Positions 22,605 to 35,014 of a DNA stretch of 64,000 nt are shown piece by piece. A program made the translations under genes and the position numbers. Numbering within the stretch: position 1 is the stretch's first letter; each line of letters opens with the position of its first letter. Below the pieces are notes generated by a model. It did no database searches. It had not been told where the DNA came from and was given only the letters and a program-made list of their open reading frames with translations. Source of the DNA: Takakia lepidozioides (lineage: Eukaryota; Plantae; Bryophyta); contig CM060733.1 of NCBI GenBank assembly GCA_030704615.1, positions 21,452,001-21,516,000 of the forward strand. Reading direction: 5' to 3'.

Positions 22605-23395
22605 GGCAAGGAAGTAGAGGAGCTGCGAGATATTCTAGACCACTAGGAGAGATGTCTGCAACATCACAGCGCTTTTACCCATCACTAACTACAATCACAT
22701 CCTCCTAGGGCTGGTACCCTCTATCTATCAACAAGTGGAATACCAGGAAAGCTGGATTTCATTCTTGTCAAAGGATTTTGAAAGTTGGACATAAAAAAGA
22801 GTGTTGGGCAATTATTTGGATTTTTTCATAACTGGGTTACTTCAAATTTTAGAAAACTATTAACCTGTGGTTGCGGTTATAATTTTTTATGGCTAGATAT
22901 AACCTGCCATCTGTCTATCTGGAAGGACGGTGGATACCTGCTGGAGATTGCACCTCTGTGTGTTCTGGACTTTTATGTACATGAGTCATGTCAAAGGTTA
23001 CTCTCATCGCCCCCCCCTACTCTTCTTAAGACAAGTTGCAAAGAACTGCAGGCTTCTATGTCAAGTATCGACAAACCAGAGGCTGTGCTGCGCTTCTGTA
23101 CACTTGCGCATAATTCAGGGATCAGATGTGGTACTTGTGCTTGAGATGCAAAATCGGATTTCTAACAAAGGTTGCACATGCATTAAAGGATCGAACGCAT
23201 AATTTTACTTCCGATAGACTCCATGTTACTTGCATGCAACCATGATTCTAACAAAGCTCCCAGCATGAAGAGCCCTCACAGGCGTGGTACTTGTAACTGG
23301 GTCAGGATGGGGCTGGGGTACCAGCTTTTTGAAGCAATGCTGGGGCATGCGAAGAAGAGAAGAGTGCGTGTCAGCTTGGGTACATCTGCCAACTC
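22605..23395 (+). pseudogene. ATAT1: Alpha-tubulin N-acetyltransferase (MEC-17/ATAT1) fragment with introns, frameshifted and truncated
   Basis: ELRDILD.LGEMSATSQ...PIT...LYL (22605-22750). GYLLEIAPLCVLDFYVHESCQR|MGLGYQLFEAML is spliced from ~22996 to ~23306. Breaks off before the DRPS motif. Confidence 0.85.
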
Positions 23396-24916
23396 TACAT
23401 ACCACTGACAGCGATCCACTCTGCTAGGGACCAACCATGTAAATCTGCATGTGTGTGACTACCTTTCTTTCCAGGGAGACGGGGAGAAACAGAGAGAGTG
23501 TTCAAGGTCTAGTGCTGACATAGGGTAACAACATGGGAGCAGAGGTAGGAAATTTCGGTCATAACGGAGACATAGGTGAAGTCACACAAAGATGTCCACT
23601 ATGGAGGGGCAAGTGCAAGCAGGGCTGATAGACATGCCAAGTAGGGATGGCAACCTAGCAACTTAAAAGGTTAACCTCTAACATGTACCTCTCCTGATCA
23701 TTGGTGTAGCTACGGTAGGCCCTCCGGCAACCTGCTTTCTTTCTTGGCAAGTTTGAGAACCAGGTTCATCCTTACCTCCCTTCTGCCACAGTTCTGTCAG
23801 TTCTTGTTCGTCCCATGCATTATTTGTCTTCTATGGTATGTGAAAGCGTCAGGACAGGGGGTTTCTTTCAATGTCCTGCACATAGATCACAACCAAAGTG
23901 CATCCCGGTAAGGCAGTGACTCAAGGAAAGACCTATTGAGCACAGTGGTATCCAATATTTCTGTTGCCTACTGTGATTTTTAGCATAGGCAGACAACCAC
24001 GTTCCCTTTCAGAAGGTACACAATGTGGGTCATGGCTCTCTCTGCAGGCAAACAAAATTGTGGTTTTTGACAATTATTGCACCGAAGAGCTAGAAACAGA
24101 CAAGAAAAAGGCTTTAAATTGCACCGATAAAGACAGCCACTTGACAGGAGCTCTTCTGAACTGCACCTCCAGAAAGGACAAGGGCAAAGGGCAGCCCAAG
24201 CAGGAGATCCTGACGCCTTTCCCTTCCTTGACACTAATGTTAAAAGTATCGATTCAAAGCTGTTCAAAAACCTGTGGGTGCTTTGGCTCCTCCATGTTAT
24301 CATGGAGGAATAAGACATCAGTGGGGACAACCAGGAGAAAGCAAAGCGCAGTCAGCCGCATCAATTTTCACAAATCATTTTGGAACAGCCACCATCTCAT
24401 TTCTTACACCATCCTCCTCAAGCCACATTGGAATTACTCACTGTACATCGTCTTGAGTTGCAAGAACAGGCAAGGCCCAGAATGCGACGTAGCGACAATC
24501 AGGCAAGTGACTCGAGGAAGTTGCATGAACATACAGACCTCCATCCCTGCAATAATCTGTATCGGCATTACAATGGCACATACCCCACCATTAACGATCA
24601 AACTGAGCATGCCAAGGTGCAGAGCTTATGTAGTCCCTCCAAAGCAAGAAAGATGAATGTGCTGCAGGTAGGACACTCCCTAGTCTATGGTACAAATTGC
24701 AGTCTGCTAAAGCCACAAGTTCTAAATATGATACAGCTTTCAACATTGTCTCAAGCCTCTCAGAATGGGTGACCAGATGTGCAGTGGCAAGTCTTGGTTA
24801 TACTTTGCTCAAAACTATAACGACAAGGATATGTAGAGGTGTTTGATTGAAGTTTCTTCTTGGGCATCAACCCCTTTTCTCTCCAAAAGAAGAGAGAGAG
24901 GGACAACCAGACAGAC

Positions 24917-25099
24917 CTCAAAAAAGTGACCATTGCGCTTCTTGATTCCGTATGCAAGATTAACTCTGCCAAAAGACTTCACATTGGTGGTGACACCGTT
25001 CTTGGAGTACCCGCGCTGCCCTATCCGTGCCAGGAACTCCACCAAACCACGTCTGTCCACTGCCAGCTTCACCATCACAGTAAAATTGTACAGCGGTAT
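24917..25099 (-). pseudogene. rps6: Mitochondrial-type ribosomal protein bS6, first-exon fragment; start codon mutated to ATA
   Basis: (I)PLYNFTVMVK...LARIG...NGVTTNVKSFGRVNLAYGIKKRNGHFFE|gt matches the plant MPLY...KSFG.V.L.YGIKK pattern. No second exon recognised. Confidence 0.75.
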
Positions 25100-25278
25100 G
25101 GTGCCCAAACACACGCAGCAGCTACTGGAGTGATCCCCTCACAGTGTATGTTCCCTCTTGTTCCGCCCAAACTGGGCATGGGGTCTATGGCCACAAAACA
25201 ACATCTTTTGAGTATGTTTTCTCTCTCCCTTGGGGCATGTCCGCACTATGAGAGAGAGACAAACCTGGGACATGCCAA

Positions 25279-26842
25279 TCACAGCTTTAGTTCAAAGAGG
25301 GCCTGCTCAACAAGTGCCTGAATCTTGCTGGAAGCGGCCTGCCGGCCTGCTGGGCAGGCCATAGCTGCCTTTCGCAAATGTTTCAATGCAGTTGCAGGAT
25401 CTCCTCCCTCCAGTGCAGATACCCCTGCCCGATATGCCTCATCAGCTGCCACCATATCTCCCACTGCCAACACCTTCATCACCACATAGCTGTAAATACA
25501 CACCAGCATATTGAGAGAAAGGGGGGAAATGAGCAAAGGGGGAAAACTGTGCTTGGATAAACACTTTCACTGTTGATTTACATACAGGCCTCCAGAAAGA
25601 CTGACCTTCATGGGCAGAGTCTGCGTCAGTTCCCCGCTGGCCAATTTCTGCCCTGGTTGCTGCTGTTGCTGGGAAGTGGTCGCTAAGGGGGTCGAAGCCC
25701 CATTGCGGCTACTCCTAGCCTCCTGCATCTCTAGCTGTTGTGATGCGGCAGTTATGAGACGCTGTATCTTTTCCAATGCCATCGGCCTATCTCGTGGACA
25801 CCTACAATTTCCAGTGTTTCCAATTCAAGAGACAATCTCACCAATAGCACAAGCATCCAATTCCCAAAAGCAAGAAACACGACTAGACATTTGAATGGGG
25901 CAAAAATCTACCTTCCCCAATCAAGAGAATGATGGCAGAAAATTCTAATATGCGGGAGGAGTCAGAATTCACTGCAGTGGAATCTCTGCTCTAAAAGGGA
26001 GATGTGGGGAAATTGGATCTGTGACGACAAATGCATCCCTCCTCAATCAGCGAAACCACTGGAGTAGCTGAAACCAAGTTGCCACAGGAAAGTCTAGCCA
26101 GGTGACATGAATATGTAACCATAATCAAATTCTGATTAGGACGTAGAAACTTGCTTAGTCATCAGATGAAAACCGGACTGACTTGGAAGCAGAAAAGCGG
26201 CAATCCATGCCATGCATCTTGCCAGCATACTGACCTGATCGAGGCAAGAAGCAAGTGCCGTAAGGCTTTTCCTGCATCACCCACGGCCAGTGCCGCACTC
26301 CCAGCTCTGTACGATAGATCGGCAGCCCGCGCATCAACTCTCTCCACACTGCCATCTAGACCTTTGGACTGATCCACCGCAGAGTTCTCAGGATCGTCAA
26401 TTCCATTAGAATTCACGTTGGATACGTTCGGAGCAGAAGATTTGACTTCTTGAGGAGGATCAGAATTCCCCCACCACTCTCGTAGGGTTTCTGACGGGGT
26501 CTTATGCATGGCATGAAGGTCCCCATTGCCAGCACCCAATCCACTCAACATCTCGGTCTGGAGATTCCTTGTTGAAACATTTACATTGTGCTCAACATGT
26601 GAAGAGGAAGTTGAAAGCTTCCCGGAAGACGTGTTTGTTGCTTCACCAGACTGGAGAGAATGGGGAGGAGAAGATACAGCAAGAGGAGCCGAAACAATTG
26701 CAGAGAGATGGCGAGATGCACAAGCATACTCCACATTGGCAATGGCACGATCAACCTGGCGAAGAAGTGCATCTGGGTCAGGCAATCGCGAGGACGGAGA
26801 CAAGGGAGGGGTCCGGGAGCCCGACCAGCCCTGCAGCCCCAT
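25279..26842 (-). CDS. Three-exon land-plant uncharacterised protein with two TPR-like modules; apparently intact
   Basis: Exons 26842-26235, 25801-25606 and 25473-25279 join in phase with GT-AG boundaries. The motif ADxxYRAGxxALxxGD...CP....A..KIQxL occurs twice. Confidence 0.75.
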
Positions 26843-26962
26843 CGCCTCTCTCTTCCGCCTTCTCAGAGGAAGGAGACACATCAACCTCACTCATCCATTT
26901 CATCCCACATTCATCCAAGGGGAGAATGAGGAATGCATCCATCCACAGTCCTAGTCGGATGA

Positions 26963-28226
26963 ATAGGGTAGCCTGTGCCGTTGGCCCAAGTGTCCAATGT
27001 CATCTAAGTCCAAGTGCATCAATATATGAAGCAAGCCATATCTAATCATTTTTTTTTCCACAGAGTATAACCAGATTTGAACCAGAGACCTTTGCCTTGA
27101 TATCTCTCCTGCCGAGGCTCCAAGCATTGTCCCAGGAATGCCCACTTTGCTATTTTTCTTATTTTTCGTGAATTTCCAGCGACCCAAAGTATTTGAAATT
27201 CCACATCTCCCACACCGCGGGTCCAAAACTCATGAGACCAAGCCCGTGCACCCCTCCTCGTCGAGGGCTTTCCAACGGTACCAAGCACCAAGGGTGGCCC
27301 CGCGGTTTGGGACATCTCAACGTGACAAAACACAACAAAACAAAACAAAACAAAACAAACGTTTCGCTTCATATATTGATTGGGGTAGCCTGTGCCGTTG
27401 GCCCAAGTGTCCAGTGCCAAGGGTCCACTCTCATCTAAGCCCAAGTGTAAGATCTTCTATGTATCCCAGTGCGTCCTCTATGTCGAGGACCAAGTGCGAC
27501 CTCTAGGGTGGCATGTGCCTTCGGCCCATCTGTGTGAAGAATTGAAATCTAAGACCAAGTACAATTTCATATGTATCCCAATGTGTCTCCTATGTTGAGG
27601 CCCAAGTGCGACCTCGAGTGCAGCCTACACCTTTGGCTTATGTGTGAAGAATCGAAATCTAAGACCAAGTGCAATTTTCTATGTAGGCAAATGCGTCTCC
27701 TATGTCGAGGCCCATTTTTAAACCCAAGTGCAATCTTCTATTCATGCATCCAAGTGCATCTCTCTATAGAGGCCCAAGTGTCCAGTGTCATCTAAGCCCA
27801 AGTGCAATCTCCTATGTATCCAAGTTCGTCTCCCATGTCAAGCCCAATTTAGTTTTTTTCATGAATTTATTGAGTAGTAATATATCCAATCATTATTGAT
27901 ATATGTCCAAGTGCATCAATATATGAAGCAAGCCATATCTAATCATTTCTTTTCCACAGAGCCTACGAGCAGATTTGAATCGGAGACATTTCCCTTGATA
28001 TCTCTCATGTCGAGGCTCCAACCATTGTCCCAGGAATGCCCACTTTGCTATTTTTCTTGAATTTCCAGCAACCAAAAGTACTTGAAATTCCACATCTCCC
28101 ACACCGCAGGTCCAAAAATCATGAGACCAAGCCCATGCACCCCTCCTCGTCAAGGGCTTTCCAATGGTACCAAGCACCATGGCTGGGCCTTGCGGTTGGG
28201 GACATCTCAAATCTATAAAACAAAAC
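26963..28226 (-). repeat. Two tandem copies of a non-autonomous repeat, possibly Helitron-like
   Basis: 26963-27360 and 27380-28226 share gggtagcctgtgccgttggcccaagtg and a ~310-bp body. A terminal GCC-AAC-GGC hairpin is followed by a degenerate CTRR. Copy 2 has ccaagtg subrepeats. Confidence 0.6.
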
Positions 28227-29387
28227 TAAATGCCCGCCAGTTGTTCACCAAATATTCTCTAATAGATTTTTAGATCCTTTAAATTTATGCTTAGACGCTT
28301 TCACCTTTGATTTATTGGGCATTTGGTACACGAAGGAATGTCGTATGACCACGGTAAATCAACCTACTTGTTCACACCACTTGTTGACAACGTAGGCGTC
28401 AACAACGTACGTGATGCCACTCACGCAGGTTAGCGGTGCCAACAACATTGGTGGTACAATTTAGTTCATATTGGTAGAACCTAATTTTTGATAAACAAAT
28501 ATATGTACGTATGTACATAAATGTACATGTATGCATGTAATTTGGATAATTCAAATAATGAGACATTGGTTTTTTTTTGGAAAGGGAAACTGGGAGCGAC
28601 ACACAAATCAGGCCCCTTGATAGTGAGAGGAGAAAATAACCTCTTTCACGGTAACCGTACCATGGAGGCTGAGAAATGGGACAATGTCTTTAAGAATGTT
28701 GGATTATAGCAATATAATTTGATGATATTAAATAACAATTGGATCTAATATCATGTGTGGAATGTATAGTCTATAGTTTTCTAGTTTATTCGGAATACTT
28801 AGAATTTTTGTATTATCAGATATGCAATAAAATATTCTGAATTAAAAAATCAGAAAGATGTGACAGATCAAATTGGGAAATCTATTTAATAACAGCCTTA
28901 TTAAATGCAGATAAAATATCACAATTCAATGTTCATTCTTACATGTACCTCCTATTATTATATTGATCATTTATATATACAGAATACATAGTCTCATAAG
29001 TAGAATATTTTCATTGTTGTGCAATAAATTATTTTTAATTAAAAATCACATGGATGTGAGATATCGAATTTTATTTTAAAATAAAAATAAGATTTTATAA
29101 TTTAATATTCATTCTTACATGCACTTGCTAATATTATATAGATCATTTATGTGTATCCCATGATTTCAAGAAGATTATGAGTAACTTCAATGCATAGGAT
29201 GTACAATTTATAGATGATGTATAGATATACGGTAGCCTCTCATTTTTTAATAATTGGGACTTGAATGCACCTATGGGCCCCGCCAATACGGCCCATGGGG
29301 TGAGCTCATGAACCCATCTCCCTTTCACCGGGTCTACATTCTGAATTTTTTCTAAGTCCTAGTTCTTTAACGGTGGTGGACCTTCTA

Positions 29388-29640
29388 GCGGACTGGCCAA
29401 ACCCTCAACAGACTCACTCCAACTTGCGAGCGGACTGACCAGCAGACTGGCGAGTGGCGAGCGGACTGACTGGCGGACTGGCCAGCGGACTGACCAACAG
29501 ACTGGTGAGTGGCGAGCGGACTGGGAGCGGACTGACTCAGTCCGGCCGACTGGCGAGCGGACTCACCAGCAGACTAGCGATTGACGAGCGGACTGACCAA
29601 CAACGGACTCCAACTGGCGAGCGCCTAACTCCAACCTTCA
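29388..29640. repeat. Degenerate GC-rich short tandem repeat (GGCGAGCGGACTGAC)
   Basis: About ten gcggactg units. Confidence 0.8.
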
Positions 29641-30123
29641 GACCCTCCTCAAATTATATAATTAACACACCATTAACGCCACAATGTCACCTACCAGTCT
29701 TTGAACAACATACCTCACGTTCATCACAAAATTGCTTTTTACCATCACACTAACCGCTACTTTCTGCAAAACCTTGAAATGACTAGGGCTTCGTGTTGCT
29801 CCGCACTACTAGCGACGATTTCTGAGAAGGACGTCCGGACGGATGGGCCATACTCGAGCATCATGAGAGAGAGTACGGATCATGCAGCGTGCCAAAATGT
29901 CGGTCACGCAGTTCTGATTTGGGGGGAGGGGAGTTGGAGGGGTTTTCCATGGGTCGTCTCAACAAGTAGATTTGGACTATGATAAATCACTATTTTTTTA
30001 TTATCCGTTGTGAGCATGCATTGGGACAAAATGTAGACTTTTTGAAGAGGAGATCAAGGAGGATGGTCTTTATAAAATATGGTGGCCCTTACATGGAACG
30101 TTTAGATGTGTCTAATTTAAGCT

Positions 30124-30863
30124 CTACCAAGCTATGCTTTTGTTCCAGTTGTCGTCGTTCGACTCTGTCTCATCTTGTGCTTTGGCGAGCAGTTTGACCC
30201 CTTTTAATTGGAGTGAAAGCCCATGTTTCTTGTGACAGAAATTCATCCAATATCGGATGTTACACTTGACTGCAATGAGATCCCCTGAACGTACGGATTC
30301 TCCATCCATATTTTGGCCATTTTCGTTAAGGACTTCTATTGTATTGTACATCTCGTCGTTGTTTGTTTTTTGATGTTTGTTGTTACCGGACGTTGAGCCA
30401 GAGTTATTTGCGTTATTTTTTAGGAGCTTTTTCGTGAAGCTCATGTTGTTTCCACCCAAACACCTCATGTCCTCCCCTCTCCTCCAATTATCGAACCATT
30501 CTGTTATTGTATTTGCGTAGTCGAACATGAGATGGCTGTCTTCTATCAATATTGTGAATTTTGCGTCTTTTAGTTCTTCGGCGAAAGTCACGAATATGTA
30601 ATTCCCGGTTTTGCCAAGGTAGGGGAATTTTGCAATACCTACGAAGATTGCTATTTCTTCACGGTCCGAAGGGACGTTCCACAAGGCGCTGTGGAAGTTT
30701 GTACTGTAGGGCAGGCGCTTCCATGTGTTCCCACCTTTAGGGCATGATGGTCATTGGACTTGAAACTGTCGTATATCACGTTTGTCATGTCTTGGTGGGT
30801 TATTTCCTGGATTTGTTGGTCTGTTACAGTGTCTATTGTGTCGGCTATTTCCGACATTGACAT
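30124..30863 (-). pseudogene. Intronless ~245-codon reading frame with one frameshift, resembling viral/phage OB-fold ssDNA-binding proteins
   Basis: ORFs 30651-30863 and 30124-30684 overlap. C-terminal SVRSGDLIAVKCNIRYW...GLSLQLKGVKLL is followed by an acidic tail ending in Trp, as in T7 gp2.5/Enc34-type SSBs. Confidence 0.5.
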
Positions 30864-30882
30864 GGTTGTTTGTATATATGGT

Positions 30883-30886
<4 letters not shown>

Positions 30887-30940
<54 letters not shown>

Positions 30941-30945
30941 GGGGG
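30887..30945. repeat. (GA)n microsatellite + poly-G, just upstream of the SSB-like ORF
   Basis: Read directly from the sequence. Confidence 0.95.
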
Positions 30946-31499
30946 CAGGGGCACTAGATGAAAGTATATATCGGTGGGTTTTTTAGGAGAATAAAACCCT
31001 AAGAGTGCGACTTTAAAATTAATCACGCTAATCTCTAGAATTGTGGCTTTCTCTCTCAAACCGAGGTTGATGCTACACCGCTTTGCTGGTAAGTTAGGTG
31101 CAAAGTGCGATGTAACAATATGTTATATTCCTCTACTTCACTTGTACCTGGAAGCATCATTCGATTAGGGACCCTCTCATAATCGGTTATTTTTTTAGCA
31201 GCAACACCTAGTGAAGACGAAAGGCCTAGTCCATTGATGTTTTATTTAGGCGTAGCTATGCTGATTTATTGGAATTCCAATAGGAGATGGCCCTTCATTT
31301 CCTGCTCACAATTGTTTTGTTCCTGTCATAAAACCAGAGAACCTCACATCAGAACGTATAGGCTTACAAATACATACAGATCCATCTGCCCTTTTTCAGT
31401 GCTCAAAGACTGGCACAGGCATCTGATTACACATGAGGTTCACTTACCAGACATCACCCATTCACAATCTCCAAAGCCTCCCTGTCACACCCAGTACAT

Positions 31500-33455
31500 A
31501 AACAGAGTACACTTAAGTTCCTTGCTTTGCATCCTCAATGCACCCACATTGGGCATACATGTCCACCAGGGCAGAGTTCAGAACGACATCTGGTACAATT
31601 CCAGCTTTGACAATGTCACCATAGACATCTTTTGACCTTTTCCAGGGCTGCCAGGCTTGCACAAGCATTGTAATCACACAAAAACATGATGTGGTTGGGC
31701 TTCACCCCTTCCCCCATAATTTGATCATAGGTCTCCAAATCCACCATTCCACGTCCATGTTGTGCATACCCTGCAATGCTTGTGAGTGTGCACATGCTTT
31801 CCAGCTTCCAGACCTTTCTTGGCGTGAATCCACATCAGAGTTTGTTGGCACTAGGAAAGGGTTGAGACTGAGCTGCTCAACTACTCCCTGGTCTTACTGG
31901 GTTTACATAGTGTGCCAAGCACAACATCTGGTGCCAAAGCCTCCATCCAGTGCCCTTGTTGTGCATACCCTGCAAACATCAAGTTCCATGACACCACATC
32001 TCATTTAGCCATACAATTCCCTTCATACATGTCCACGAGGGTATTGTTCAGAATGACATGTGGTACAATTGCAGCTCTGACAATGTCGCCATGGACCTCT
32101 GTGCCCTTCTCCAGAGCTGTCAGGCTTGCACACGCATTGCAAACTATCAAAGGTTCACTCAACCAATAACTTGCAGAAATCAACATGAAAATTTAAGGCC
32201 GATTCTCCATAGCATGCCTCCTTTTGCCCCAACACCTTCTGCCTCCTTCCTTACAAGAGATCATGATCGCATGTCCTGCACATGAAAGCAGACATGTATA
32301 AACAGATCAACAACACTAGCTGACAATTAGAGGGTTGGTACTTTGTAGAAATTCAAATCAATGGCATTCAGATTTGTGGGCAAGAGACATGGGCTACGAA
32401 GGATAAGATGGTCGGGGATGCCATTGGGTATAAGTGGTACAGTCAGTTCACAGATTACTTCCACTAGATCTGACACAGAAGGGTCAATGAGGGTACATTG
32501 TTCTGCCTGCCCTCACTGGCATAGCGTATACATCAGTGAAGTTCTCAATATCTGACATGAATGTGCCAAAGTCTGGTTGGAGGGATTCAAAGGTCCCATC
32601 AGAGGGGAAGGTGGAACTGGAAGAAATTACCACAGGCTGTGGTTGTGCCATCAATGTTCACCATTCCAACAATTCCAGCTTTGACGATGCAACCATGGAC
32701 CTCTTTGCCCTTCTCTAGCAAATCTGGTCAGGCTTCACCCCCTCCCACATCATTTGCTCATGATAGGTCTCCAAAACCTGCAATCCCCGCCCCTGTTGTG
32801 CATGTCATGCGATCATCACGTTCCACGACTCCAAATTTCGCTCAGCCATATTGTTGAACACTCCCTGTCCACAAGGGTTATTGTTCAGAATGACATCTGC
32901 CACAATTCCAGCTTTGACAATGCAACCATGGATCTCTTTGCCCTTCTCCAGCAGGCTCGCACGTGCACTGCAAACGCAAACACATGTAATGTGGTCGGGC
33001 TTCACCCCCTCCCACATCATTTGTTCATAGGTCTCCAAAACCTGCAATCCCCGCCCTTGTTGTGCATGTCATGCGATCATCACATTCCACGACACCACAT
33101 TTCGCTCAGCCATATTGTTGAACACTCCCTGTCCACAAATGAATGCTCCCACGTTTGGCATACATGTCCACGAGGTATTGTTACATCTGGTACATTCCCA
33201 GCTTTGACGATGTCACGATGGACCTCTTTGCCCTTTACCAGGTCTCCAGGTTTCCAGGGCTGCCAGGTTTGCACATGCATTGCAAACACAAATGAACGTG
33301 ACCCGGTCAGGCTGCACCCCTTGCTCATATATCTCCAATGCCCTCATCTTGCACACATGCTGGCCATCTCCTGCGATCAGCATGTTCCGTGAGACAACAT
33401 CTTGTTCGGCCATGTTGTCAAACTCTCCCTTCGCAGCTTCGATGCTGCCACTGAA
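31500..33455 (-). pseudogene. Cluster of decayed PLS-class PPR repeats
   Basis: VCNACASLTALEKGTEVHGDIVRA...VILNNTLVDMY, LETYEQMMWEGVKPDHIT, VFNNMAERNLESWNVMI and GSIEAAKGEFDNM; many frameshifts. Confidence 0.85.
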
Positions 33456-33517
33456 AACACTTCCTTCTTAATAACTACAACACGTCTTAGTTAAAGTGAA
33501 GAGAAAGATACACCCAC

Positions 33518-34077
33518 CTTTGTAAACCCATTTGTTGAACAAGTGTAATCTAGTCACTATCACCCTTTCAGCACCTGCCTTTCTTGAGCACAACACCAAA
33601 ATAGATGCAGAAATGAATTAGAAGGAAATGGTCTTCCAAACAGAATTTAAAGTCACCCACAACAAGGAGGTGGTGAGTTATTATACCTTCACTAGCACCC
33701 GAAGAAAGAATTTGCCATCTTGTGGCTTGTTGTTAACCAAATAGCTGCACATTCACCACAACATGCACCTATATTCAGTTCAAAGGGCTGGTGGTGATAT
33801 AAATCTGCACTCTAAAAGACTGTCCACACATGCTACAAACGAGATATCGGTACACACGTTTTTTATGGCGGGTGCTAGAGACAACTGGACCTCACCAAGC
33901 TGACTTGACCAGGCCACGGTACTTCATCTCAGTACCCAACCATCCTCATTACTACTGTGTAAGCAACAAGGGAGAAAAATCGCACTTGTAGAACCAGGCA
34001 TACTGGTGAGGGTTCAGCTCAGATAGTTTGGCCATCATTGTCTTCTCAGCTTTGATTGTGAAATAGTCCAGCAAATG
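33518..34077 (-). pseudogene. RbcX: Rubisco assembly chaperone RbcX fragment (3 exons, frameshift, final exon absent)
   Basis: Exon 34077-33986 HLLDYFTIKAEKTMMAKLSELNPHQYAWFYN; exon 33744-33687 YLVNNKPQDGKFFLRVLVK; exon ~33590-33518 ERQ..AERVIVTRLHLFNKW. This gene is missed by the ORF track. Confidence 0.85.
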
Positions 34078-35014
34078 CTACACGGATGAGCCAATACCAC
34101 ACTCAGTCAGGACCATCCTCTGGAAACCTTCATATAACACTGAAAATAGTGCTTTACATGCTATGTAGAGCCACTACAAGGAGGTGGGTTTAATTGTAGT
34201 GACTGAGTAAAATCCAACATCACAAGCACATATAAACACATATTCCCTCTATTGGCCTCAAGTAGGAGAGGATATTGAGCAAATCACCAGGGTTCCCAAT
34301 TTTGTAGTCATTACAAACACTAAACTGTTAATTTTAGGGGTAGGTGCTTGATGCATTGGTCTTTGGTCCAAGTCAACACTGAGGAGCCTACTTGTCAGAT
34401 CCACAAGAGATCAACTAGTACCAAGTTGTGAGAAAATTTTGAGGAGTGATTTTATATCTTGGGGGTTTTAAGCCCTACCAAGACTCATCACACACTGAAT
34501 TATAATCAAACAGAAACAATCAGCAAGACCTCTCTTCCAAACACTGTAGGCTGTATTTTGGTGCGTGAGAAATCCCTTGGTCAGCTCTTTCTGTTGAAAG
34601 CATCTTTATTGAGCCTCATAGCAACTTACAAGATTTTGTGTTGGGAACTGATTTGCAAAAAACCTTCTAAAGGTGAAAGATAACAAAGAAGTAAATGCCA
34701 ATTTTCCTGGGTTAGAATCAGACACAAGGAAGACCATGCCTACATGCATCAGACGCCTGACTTCATCATCCTTGAAATTCTTTGTAAATGGTAGTTGATG
34801 GTATTGTGCTGCTTGCCCTGCTTTGCTTGGTCACCCACCCCACTGGTCACACAAACATCCCATCCCTCAAATAGAAAGATGACGAACAGGTGCAGGGCTG
34901 TCACCTAATGTAAGTCTGAGATACTAAAGTTACAACAGACATGAAAATATATACCCTCTGTGACACCCACTTCTGAACAGGAAACGGACCCTCTTGAGGC
35001 TAGTAGTGGGGGTT

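Noticed and set aside
21642-24772. ORFs such as 22111-22326, 23964-24656 and 24380-24772 as genes
   Set aside because: Some stretches look like decayed coding DNA, but I could not assign a family or a coherent exon structure.
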